From an uncultured delta proteobacterium (GTDB taxonomy: Bacteria; Myxococcota_A; UBA9160; UBA4427): DNA of 64,000 bases. Below are positions 11,033 to 19,043 of the stretch, in pieces. The notes below the pieces were generated by a model. That model saw nothing but the letters and a program-made list of their open reading frames with translations. It had not been told where the DNA came from and ran no database searches. How positions within the stretch are numbered: the first letter of the stretch is position 1; every line of letters starts with the position of its first letter. The stretch is from NCBI GenBank assembly GCA_963822965.1, contig CAWGJT010000014.1:320001-384000 (forward strand). Reading direction: 5' to 3'. A program made the translations under genes and the position numbers.

Positions 11033-12610
11033 ATGAGTGCGAGAATCGTCGCGACGGGAACCATCGTCATCCTGCTGGGCCTGGCCGTGTTCGCGTGGAA
11101 GGTCTGGTGGCTCGAGCTGCCGATACTCCCCTCGGAGCCTGGCGGGTTGTGGCAGGTGGAGATCCAGCTCGCCATTCGAGGTCGCGGCGAGACGGGCAGC
11201 GTCCAGATCGACCTGCCCTCGACGCGTCCGGGCCAGCGCGTCTTCGGGGAATGGAACACGAGCGACGATCTCGACCTCGCGGTCCGGGAGGACGGCGAGC
11301 GGCGGGTGGCGCTGTGGTCGGGCCGCATGGAAGACGTCCACCGCGTCGAGACCGTCTTCTCCGTCGAACGGTTCCAGACGGCGGATGCGGCCGTTCACCA
11401 CGATCCGGGTCGCCCGCCCCGTGAGGTCGCCCGGCGGTACACGCTCGCCACGCCCCGGTTGCCGGCCAACGCCGAAGAGGTGCACGAGGCGTTGCAGCAG
11501 CTGTCCCTGCCCGGACCGGAGGATCGCGCCGGACGAGTCCGCAGCGTGTACGCCTTCGTTCGCCACGAGATCGAGTCGATGCCCACGGGCGGAGACGACG
11601 CGATCCTCTGCCTGGTGCAGCGAGACGGGAGCGAGCGCGGCCGAACGCGACTCTTCGTCACCCTGCTGCGCGGCCTGGGAATTCCCGCCCGTTCGATCAC
11701 GGGACTCGAGCTGGGTGAGGGACGCGTGACACCACGGGTGTGGGCGGAGGTATGGTGGGGTCCGACCTGGTTGCCGGTGTCTCCGACGGCCGGATTCTTC
11801 GGGGAGCTACCCCGCGACTGGATCGCGCTCTCTCCAGGCGACGAATCGCTCGTTCACTCCATAGGCGTTCGCGACGTCTCCTATTCGGTGCGAGCCCTGC
11901 GGCAGCGACTCACGGCGGACGAGCTGAACGCCGTGATGATGCCCTCGAATCCGCTGCTCGAGAAGCTCTCGCTCTATCGGCTGTCGGTCTCCACCCAGGA
12001 GGCCCTGCGCGTGCTGCTGGTGATGCCGCTGGCGGCCCTCCTCATCTCGGTGCTGCGGAACGTGATCGGGCTGCCCGGCTACGGGACCTTCATGCCGGTG
12101 CTCATCGCCGTCGCGCTGCGGGGTACCGGTCTGGTCCTGGGGCTCGCCATGGTGTTGGCGCTGGTCGGCGTCGGGATCTGCGGTCGCGTGTTGGTGGAGC
12201 GTCTGCAGCTGCTGGTGGTGCCGCGCGTCTCGATCCTGCTCTGCGTGGTGGTGCTGGGTGTAGCCGGCTTCGCGTTGCTGGGGCGCAGCCTGGGAGAGCA
12301 TGATCTGTACGTCGGCATCCTCTTTCCCATCGTGATCCTCACGATGCTGGTGGAGCGCTTCTCCATCGCGCTGGTCGAGGAAGGGCTGGGTGAGGCGTTG
12401 ATCCGAGCGGCGGGCTCGGTGGTGATGGCCGTGCTGGCGTACCCGATCTTCCGGATTCCCGCGCTCGAGAGTGTGATGTTCGGCTTCCCCGAGCTGATCG
12501 TGTGCCTGATGGGCCTGTTGGTACTGCTGGGGGGCTACACGGGCTACCGCGCGTCCGACTGGCTGCGCTTCCGCGTCCTGGATCCTCCGCCCGGAGGGGC
12601 GACGGCGTGA
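11033..12610 (+). CDS. Inactive transglutaminase-like domain fused to 7TM domain
   Basis: [12 protein letters not shown] and WAEVW transglutaminase scaffold without the catalytic Cys/His; C-terminal 7TM with [30 protein letters not shown]. Confidence 0.85.
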   Translation: MSARIVATGTIVILLGLAVFAWKVWWLELPILPSEPGGLWQVEIQLAIRGRGETGSVQIDLPSTRPGQRVFGEWNTSDDLDLAVREDGERRVALWSGRMEDVHRVETVFSVERFQTADAAVHHDPGRPPREVARRYTLATPRLPANAEEVHEALQQLSLPGPEDRAGRVRSVYAFVRHEIESMPTGGDDAILCLVQRDGSERGRTRLFVTLLRGLGIPARSITGLELGEGRVTPRVWAEVWWGPTWLPVSPTAGFFGELPRDWIALSPGDESLVHSIGVRDVSYSVRALRQRLTADELNAVMMPSNPLLEKLSLYRLSVSTQEALRVLLVMPLAALLISVLRNVIGLPGYGTFMPVLIAVALRGTGLVLGLAMVLALVGVGICGRVLVERLQLLVVPRVSILLCVVVLGVAGFALLGRSLGEHDLYVGILFPIVILTMLVERFSIALVEEGLGEALIRAAGSVVMAVLAYPIFRIPALESVMFGFPELIVCLMGLLVLLGGYTGYRASDWLRFRVLDPPPGGATA

Positions 12611-13551
12611 TGGGGCGTCTCCGGCGTCTGGGAATCCTCGGCATGAACGAGCGGAATCTGCGGTATGTCGTCGGGTGCAATCCGCGTGCGCGCTATCCCA
12701 TGGTGGACGACAAGCTCCAGACCAAGCGCCTGTGCGCGGAGGCCGGCCTTCCGACTCCCCGCCTGCTGGGCGCATTGCGTCATCCCGGCGAGGTGCGGAC
12801 GCTGCGGGAAATCGCTTCGGAGGAGGACTCCTTCGTACTGAAGCCCGCGCGGGGAGCCATGGGCAACGGCGTCCTCGTCGTGCGGGGGCGCGACGGAGGC
12901 CGCTTCGTGCGGGCAGACGACAAGCGCGTTCGATTCGAAGACCTGCGCTTCCACGCCCTGGAGACCCTGGCGGGGCTCTACTCTCTCGGCGGCCAGCCCG
13001 ACCGGGTGGTGGTGGAGGAGTGTCTGGTGTCGCATCCCGACCTGAAGCGGATCGCCCCGACCGGCGTGCCCGACCTGCGCGTTCTCGTGTATCGCGGCAT
13101 TCCCGTCATGGCCATGCTCCGCCTGCCAACGGAGCGCTCGCGGGGCCGTGCGAACCTGCACCAGGGGGCCGTGGGCGCGGGGATCGACCTGGGAACGGGC
13201 GACATCGTGGCGACGACATCCCGTCGGGGTCCCGTCGAGGAGCATCCCGATACCGGCAAACGCGTGCTGGACGTGCGAGTCCCGCACTTCCGGCAGGCCG
13301 TGGACGCCGCCGTCCGCGCCACGCAGCCCACCGGTCTCGGCTACCTCGGCGTCGACGTCGTGCTGGACGCCGAGCGCGGGCCCCTGCTGCTGGAGCTGAA
13401 CGCGCGTCCGGGCCTCTCGATCCAGCTCGCCAACGCCGCGGGGCTGCGCCCGCTGCTGGCGGCCGTGGACCGGTGGGTCGAGGAAGGACTGCCTGTGGAC
13501 GAACGGATCGCGTTGGGGGTGCGCATCGCCCGGGAGGCGGGGAAGCGATGA
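12610..13551 (+). CDS. Alpha-L-glutamate ligase-like ATP-grasp protein
   Basis: GILGMNERN, YPMVDDKLQTK, KPARGAMGNG, GVPDLR, ANLHQGAVGAGID, LELNARPGLSIQLAN; TGATG coupling to the upstream gene. Confidence 0.9.
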   Translation: MGRLRRLGILGMNERNLRYVVGCNPRARYPMVDDKLQTKRLCAEAGLPTPRLLGALRHPGEVRTLREIASEEDSFVLKPARGAMGNGVLVVRGRDGGRFVRADDKRVRFEDLRFHALETLAGLYSLGGQPDRVVVEECLVSHPDLKRIAPTGVPDLRVLVYRGIPVMAMLRLPTERSRGRANLHQGAVGAGIDLGTGDIVATTSRRGPVEEHPDTGKRVLDVRVPHFRQAVDAAVRATQPTGLGYLGVDVVLDAERGPLLLELNARPGLSIQLANAAGLRPLLAAVDRWVEEGLPVDERIALGVRIAREAGKR

Positions 13552-14813
13552 CCTTCGGGACGCGCCCGGCTGCGGTGCTGGGGGGGGTGCTGGTCGCGCT
13601 TCTCGCGGCTCGCTGGGCGGCCGGGGCTGCCGGGAAGACCGACGCGGACTCGCCGGTGTACGATGTGGTCTACGAGGCGCGTCTACTGCCCTCCAAGGGG
13701 CTCGCCCGCGTGGCGATCGAGGTGGACGAGAGTGGGCTGCTCCACCGGCTGAGCTTCAACTTCGATCCCCAGCGCGTCTTTCGCTTCCAGGCCGACGGCG
13801 AGGTCCGCGTCGAGGGGTCGCACCTCGTCTGGGAGGTGCCCGAGGCCGGCGGCCGACTGCGCTACTCGGTGAAGGTGGATCACCTGCGCGAGTCGGCCGA
13901 GTACGACGCCCGCTCGACGCCCACCTGGGCGCTGTTCCGGGGGAGCGATCTCTTCCCGCCGAGTGCCTCGCGGACCGCGCCCGGCGCGTCGGCCCGGGCG
14001 AGCCTGCGCTTGCGGCTCCCGGAGAGCTGGACCGCGGAGACCCCCTTCGTCCGGGACGAGGACGGGCGCTACCGCCTGGAGCAGGAACATCGCCGCCTCG
14101 ACCGTCCGGCGGGCTGGGTGGTGGCGGGAAAGGACCTCACGGTCCGGCGGTCGTCCATCGCCGGGGTCCGGGTCACGATCGCGGGACCGAGCGATCAGGA
14201 CCTGCGGTCGCGTGACCTCATGTTGCTGCTGCGACTCACCCTGCCCGAGCTGCGCGAGATCGCGGGGACGCTCCCGGACCGCCTGCTCGTCGTGGGTGCG
14301 GGGGATCCCATGTGGCGCGGCGGACTGTCGGGCCCGGGCTCCCTGTACCTGCACGCCGATCGACCCCTGCTCGAGCAGGACGGGTCGAGCCCGCTCCTGC
14401 ACGAGGTGCTCCACGGGGTCACGCACGCGGTGTCGGCCGAGGGGGGAGACTGGATCGTCGAAGGCATCGCCGAGTACTACTCGCTGGAGCTGCTGCTGCG
14501 GTCCGGTGCCGTGGGGGAAGAGGAACATCGAGAGACCCTCGAGGCGCTCGCGCATCGCGCGGCGGACGTGGAGAAGCTGGCGACCGCGCACGCCGACCGC
14601 GACGTGACGGCCCGCGCGGTGCTGGTGCTCGATGGGCTCGACGATCGGACCCGCGATGCGACCCAGGGAGAGAGAAGCCTCGACGACGTGGTGCGAGCGC
14701 TGGTGGAACGACGGGGGCCGGTGACGCCGGAATCGTTCCGGGAGCTCGTCCGGCAGGTCGCAGGAGCGGAGGTTGCGGACTCCCTTCCGGCGTCTCCCGA
14801 ACCGTCCCGATGA
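13548..14813 (+). CDS. Secreted gluzincin-type zinc metallopeptidase-like protein
   Basis: Signal peptide; LLHEVLH followed by WIVEGIAEYY; ATGA overlap with the ligase. Confidence 0.7.
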   Translation: MTFGTRPAAVLGGVLVALLAARWAAGAAGKTDADSPVYDVVYEARLLPSKGLARVAIEVDESGLLHRLSFNFDPQRVFRFQADGEVRVEGSHLVWEVPEAGGRLRYSVKVDHLRESAEYDARSTPTWALFRGSDLFPPSASRTAPGASARASLRLRLPESWTAETPFVRDEDGRYRLEQEHRRLDRPAGWVVAGKDLTVRRSSIAGVRVTIAGPSDQDLRSRDLMLLLRLTLPELREIAGTLPDRLLVVGAGDPMWRGGLSGPGSLYLHADRPLLEQDGSSPLLHEVLHGVTHAVSAEGGDWIVEGIAEYYSLELLLRSGAVGEEEHRETLEALAHRAADVEKLATAHADRDVTARAVLVLDGLDDRTRDATQGERSLDDVVRALVERRGPVTPESFRELVRQVAGAEVADSLPASPEPSR

Positions 14814-14912
14814 GGCCGGTCGCCTCGAAGGCGCGATTGTAGATGCTGCACGGCCCCCGCGTCCGGCGAGATCGTCGGGCCCCGAGAGCCCACCCGGGTG
14901 GCGTCTCCCGGA

Positions 14913-14928
14913 TGGCACGGCGCTTGCG
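14913..14928 (+). promoter_or_regulatory. sigma54 -24/-12 promoter for csbD-lipoprotein
   Basis: TGGCACGGCGCTTGCG. Confidence 0.8.
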
Positions 14929-14979
14929 TACTCGATGACGCACACCACACAGGGAACGAGACCAGGAGGCGCAGACAGC

Positions 14980-15174
14980 ATGGGAGAGAGCGGAACGACC
15001 GACGAGATCAAGGGCCGTGCCAAGGAGGCTGCCGGTGCAGCCATGGACGACGAAGAGCTGAAGAAGGAAGGCCGGCTCGACCAGGCGGCGGCCGGAATCA
15101 AGCAGAAGGCCGCGGAGCTCGTGGATACGGTTCGCGAGAAGCTCGGCGGACACGAGAGCAAGGAGGACCGATGA
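14980..15174 (+). CDS. csbD: CsbD family general stress protein
   Basis: DEIKGRAKEAAGAAMDDEELKKEGRLDQAAAGIKQK; AGGAGG SD. Confidence 0.9.
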   Translation: MGESGTTDEIKGRAKEAAGAAMDDEELKKEGRLDQAAAGIKQKAAELVDTVREKLGGHESKEDR

Positions 15175-15420
15175 GCAGAGCGCTCCGGTTCACGACGCTG
15201 ACCGCCTTGGCGGTCTTCCTCCTCTTCTTCGCGTTCGGCGCCACGGGGTGTCGGGACGAAGGCCCGGCGGAACGTGCCGGCGAGAAGATCGACCAGGCGG
15301 TGGAGAACACGCGCGAGAGCATCTCGGATGCGGTCGACGACGAGGGCCCCCTCGAGAAGGCCGGGCGCAAGCTGGACGAAGCCGGCGAGAACGTGAAGGA
15401 GGGGGGTCGACGGGAGCTGA
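15171..15420 (+). CDS. Small lipoprotein with EGPxExAGxKxD repeats (probable homopolymer error near 15401)
   Basis: Lipobox ATGC, then EGPAERAGEKID and EGPLEKAGRKLD; removing one G from the G-run gives KEGVDGS-stop at 15420. Confidence 0.75.
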
Positions 15421-15478
15421 CGCGCGGGCTCGGAGGAGCGAGCCAGCGCTGCCGCGATCTGTCAGAATTGCGTCCACC

Positions 15479-15862
15479 ATGCCGCGTGTGCGCATCCGGA
15501 TCCAGTTCGAAGGCGACCACTCCCTGGGCCCTGGCAAGGCGCAGCTGCTCGAGGCCGTCGCCGAGCATGGCTCGATCTCGGCTGCGGCCCGCTCGATGGG
15601 GATGGCCTACCGCCACGCCTGGGAGCTCATCGACGATCTGAACCAGTGCTTCCGGGATCCCGTGGTCACCACCTCGGCCGGCGGGCGCGCGGGGGGCGGC
15701 GCCTCCCTCACGGCGTTCGGTGAGGACCTGGTGCAACGCTTCCGGGCCATGGAGCAGGCGGCTTCCCGCGCCATGGCGAGCGATCTGGCGGTGCTCGAAG
15801 GGAAGCGGGCTCCGGAGAACCCCCCGGAATCGGCTCGCAATCGCTCTCCCAAGCGGGCTTGA
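15479..15862 (+). CDS. modE: ModE-type winged-helix regulator (N-terminal domain only, no molbindin domains)
   Basis: LGPGKAQLLEAVAEHGSISAAARSMGMAYRHAWELIDDLN...GGRAGGGASLT. Confidence 0.88.
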   Translation: MPRVRIRIQFEGDHSLGPGKAQLLEAVAEHGSISAAARSMGMAYRHAWELIDDLNQCFRDPVVTTSAGGRAGGGASLTAFGEDLVQRFRAMEQAASRAMASDLAVLEGKRAPENPPESARNRSPKRA

Positions 15863-15906
15863 CCCCCGGAAGAGCCCCCCACCGCCGCCAACCCCGGCTT
15901 CCGCTC

Positions 15907-15951
15907 TTGACCCCCGCCTCCAGCGGAGGTTATACCCGACGGGGAATAGCG
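15907..15951 (+). promoter_or_regulatory. sigma70-like promoter overlapped by a putative ModE box
   Basis: TTGACC (15907-12), then TATACC (15931-36); GGTTATAC-N7-GGAATAGCG resembles the ModE-type GTTATA...ATAACG dyad and covers the -10. Confidence 0.5.
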
Positions 15952-16015
15952 GTGGCGCGCCGAGTCCGATCGGGCCCGGGGCAGCTGCTCGCCCCTTGCG
16001 AAGTGGGTTCCACGC

Positions 16016-17008
16016 TTGTCGGCCTTCCGAAAGCGAAGAGCGCTCTGGAGCTCGATCGGGGTCTCGTTCGGCCTGCACGCGGCGTCCATCGGTGCCTTGG
16101 CGGTGGCGATCGGGGCAGGTCCGACGGTCGACACCGTAGGTGGCCACGGCGGAGGCGTGCTCTCGGTCCGGCTGTTGGGAGGGGGCGCCGCTGCGGGGCT
16201 TGCCGGTCCGGCGGCGCCGGCCGCCGCGAGCACACCGCCGTCGCCCGCTCGTCCCGTCCGGCCGCCGCGGCCACCGGCCCCGCCTTCGCCGTCCCAGTCC
16301 GTGCCCGCTTCGCCGTCCCGGTCCACCGCCGCTTCGTCGTCCCGGTCCACCGCCGCTTCGTCGTCCCGGTCCACCGCCGCTTCGTCGCCGTCCAGCGCCC
16401 CTTCACCACAGCCGGCGGTCGCCTCCGCCCGGCCCGCACCGCTGCCCCCGCGGCCCGCGGTACCCGGTGAAGAGGCTCCTCCGGAGCGGCCGGCCGTGGA
16501 GGCACCGAGCGCCGTCGACTCGACCCCGTCGTCGCAGCCTCGCGCTTCCCGGCCGCTGGTCGTCGAGGCGAGCCCAGCCGCCGGAGAGCGAGAGGTCGAC
16601 GTCGCCGCCGCGGCTCGCGTACGCGTCCCCGCGCAGGGCGTCCCCGCGCAGGAGAACCTCGGATCCGGGTCGGGACCGTCGGGCTCCGGCTCCGGAGCGG
16701 GGCGCGGGTCGGGCGACGCCACCGGTGCCGGCACGCTCTCGCGCGTGGCCCGGCCGGCCTCCAAGATCCGTCCCCGCTATCCGGAGGCGGCCCGGGAGCG
16801 AGGCGACGAGGCCGAGGTCGTCGTGGAGGCCTGGGTGGCCGCCAGCGGTCGGGTCGCGCGGGCGCGGGTTCGCAGCAGCGCCGGAAGCGAGTTCGACGAG
16901 GCGGCACTCGAGGCGGTCCACGAGGCGCGCTTCTACCCCGCCTGGCGAGACGGGGAGCCCGTCGCGTCCCGGGTGGCCATGCGCCTGCACTTCGAGCTGG
17001 ACCGCTGA
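16016..17008 (+). CDS. tonB: Energy transducer TonB
   Basis: N-terminal TM with SFGLH, Pro/Ser-rich linker, C-terminal PRYPEAAR...FDEAALEAV...FYPAWRDG. Confidence 0.85.
   Translation: MSAFRKRRALWSSIGVSFGLHAASIGALAVAIGAGPTVDTVGGHGGGVLSVRLLGGGAAAGLAGPAAPAAASTPPSPARPVRPPRPPAPPSPSQSVPASPSRSTAASSSRSTAASSSRSTAASSPSSAPSPQPAVASARPAPLPPRPAVPGEEAPPERPAVEAPSAVDSTPSSQPRASRPLVVEASPAAGEREVDVAAAARVRVPAQGVPAQENLGSGSGPSGSGSGAGRGSGDATGAGTLSRVARPASKIRPRYPEAARERGDEAEVVVEAWVAASGRVARARVRSSAGSEFDEAALEAVHEARFYPAWRDGEPVASRVAMRLHFELDR
16314..16385 (+). repeat. 3 x 24 bp perfect tandem repeat in the TonB linker
   Basis: CGTCCCGGTCCACCGCCGCTTCGT x3 (encodes SRSTAASS), plus a degenerate copy at 16290-16313. Confidence 0.9.
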
Positions 17009-17012
17009 CCGG

Positions 17013-19043
17013 ATGAACATCCCTTCGCCCTGGAGCCGGCGTGTCGCGGGAGTGGCGGTTCTCGTCGCCGCGCTCGCGAGCCTCTCGGGCAGCCGGCCGG
17101 CTGCGGCCGAGCCCACCGGCGCGCCGCCTCCGCCCGCGGAATCGGCCTCTCCGCCCGCCGAGGCCATCCCGGTCTACGACGTCTACGTCACGTCCGAGAA
17201 GGACGTGGTCTCGGGGGTCGCGACGACGCGGGAGGTCGATCGCGAGGACATGCGCCAGGAAGGGGCACGCACCCTCGACGAGGCGCTGGTGCACGAGCCC
17301 TCGCTCATCGTGCGCACGGGCGGCGAGGGCTCTCCGCGCATCGACATCCGCGGTCTGCGAACGCGGCAGATCCTGACCCTGATCGACGGCGTGCCGTTCT
17401 ACTCCACCGAGGACGGCGCCTTCGATCCGTCGCTCATCCCCACCCAGATCATCGACCGCGTGGACGTCATCTACAGCAACAGCTCGGTCCTCTACGGCGA
17501 CGGTCCCATCGCCGGCATCCTGCAGATCCGCACGCGCTCGGGCCAGGAGGGCCTCCACGCGGAGGCGAAGGGCGACTTCCGCAGCGGCGAGCAGAACCTG
17601 GGCGAAGCCTCGGTCTCCGGTGCGGGGCACGACGTCCAGGGCTTCGCCGCCGCCCGCTACTACGAGAGCGAGGGCTGGGACCTGCCCGATTCCTTCGACA
17701 GCACCGCGCTCGAGAACGGCGGCCGTCGCGAGAACTCCGACCGCCGCCAGGCCAACCTGTTCGGAAAGGTGGGATACGCGATCAACGACCGGGCGCGGGT
17801 GGACGCGCTGGTGGACTACCGCCACGCGGAGTACGGCGTGCCGTGGCGCGTGGAGCAGCAGACGGACTTCGTCGGCCGAGCCCGCTTCGAGCGCGTCGAC
17901 CACGTGGACGGGTTCACGACCCAGCTCTCCGGTCAGCTCGACGCCAGCGACCGGGTGTCCCTGCGTTCCTGGGGCTTCGTGACGCAGCAGGAGGAGAAGC
18001 GCTCGAGCTACGACGACCCCGATCTCGACAGCATGCTCGCGCGCAACTCGTCCCAGCTGACCGGTACGGCGCTCATCACCGGCGGGGCGATCCACGGCCG
18101 CATCGACGGGGACGCCCTCGGAACCCTGCGGCTCGCCTTCAACGGCCGCTACGAGCACTTCGAGACCGACGGGCGCATTCGCGAATCGAACAACGCCGAC
18201 TTCAGCATCGTCCACGAGCGAAACGGTCTCGGCGCCTGGTCCCTGGCTGCGGAGTACGAGCTGAAGCCCATCGAATCCGTGGGCCTCGTCGTCGGCTACG
18301 GCCACGCGTTCCTCGAGGGAGACGCCGGGGTCGACGACGACGGGAGTCTCTTCCTGGCGGGCGCCTACTGGGACCTGCCGACGGACACGCGCCTGCGCGG
18401 CTCGGCGGCCCACAAGCTGCGCTTTCCCTCACTGCGGCAGTTCTACGCGGTGGACGGCGGCAACCGGTCGCTCGACTCGGAGCGCTGCTGGTGCTTCGAG
18501 GTGGGCATCGCGCAGAAGCTTCCCGCCGACACCACCTTCGAGATCACCGGCTTCTGGCTGGACTTCGAGGACTTCATCGAGCGCGACGAGTCGGGCGTCT
18601 TCGACAATCGAGACAAGCTCGAGTCCCGGGGCTTCGAGGTGGAGCTGACGACCCGGCCCTGGGAGCCCCTCCTGCTGCGCGTCGGCTACACGTACCTGGA
18701 CGTCCACGACCGCAGCTCGGGCTCCACCTTCGATCGACTCGACAATCGCCCCCGCAACAAGGTGGACGCCGAGATCCGCTACCGGCTTCCCACGCGGACC
18801 ATGTTCCGGCTGGCCATGAGCTACATCTCCGACAATCTCGTCTACCAACGAAATCCACCGTTCCACAGCACCCACCTCGACGACTTCGCGATCTTCGACG
18901 TCCGGCTCGAGCAGCCTTTCGCCGACGATCGGTTGAGCTTCTACTTCGGCGTGGACAACTTCACGGACGAGAAGTCCGAGATCAACGTGGCCTTTCCGCA
19001 GCCGGGCCGGAGCTACTATGGCGGCGTCGACCTTCGCTTCTGA
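17013..19043 (+). CDS. TonB-dependent outer membrane receptor
   Basis: Signal peptide, plug (IDIRG...LIDGVP...IDRVDVI...SSVLYG), barrel, C-terminal PGRSYYGGVDLRF. Confidence 0.93.
   Translation: MNIPSPWSRRVAGVAVLVAALASLSGSRPAAAEPTGAPPPPAESASPPAEAIPVYDVYVTSEKDVVSGVATTREVDREDMRQEGARTLDEALVHEPSLIVRTGGEGSPRIDIRGLRTRQILTLIDGVPFYSTEDGAFDPSLIPTQIIDRVDVIYSNSSVLYGDGPIAGILQIRTRSGQEGLHAEAKGDFRSGEQNLGEASVSGAGHDVQGFAAARYYESEGWDLPDSFDSTALENGGRRENSDRRQANLFGKVGYAINDRARVDALVDYRHAEYGVPWRVEQQTDFVGRARFERVDHVDGFTTQLSGQLDASDRVSLRSWGFVTQQEEKRSSYDDPDLDSMLARNSSQLTGTALITGGAIHGRIDGDALGTLRLAFNGRYEHFETDGRIRESNNADFSIVHERNGLGAWSLAAEYELKPIESVGLVVGYGHAFLEGDAGVDDDGSLFLAGAYWDLPTDTRLRGSAAHKLRFPSLRQFYAVDGGNRSLDSERCWCFEVGIAQKLPADTTFEITGFWLDFEDFIERDESGVFDNRDKLESRGFEVELTTRPWEPLLLRVGYTYLDVHDRSSGSTFDRLDNRPRNKVDAEIRYRLPTRTMFRLAMSYISDNLVYQRNPPFHSTHLDDFAIFDVRLEQPFADDRLSFYFGVDNFTDEKSEINVAFPQPGRSYYGGVDLRF

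Noticed and set aside
16290..16385. 24 bp repeats as CRISPR or mobile-element ends
   Set aside because: No spacers, in frame within the TonB linker, no cas or transposase genes
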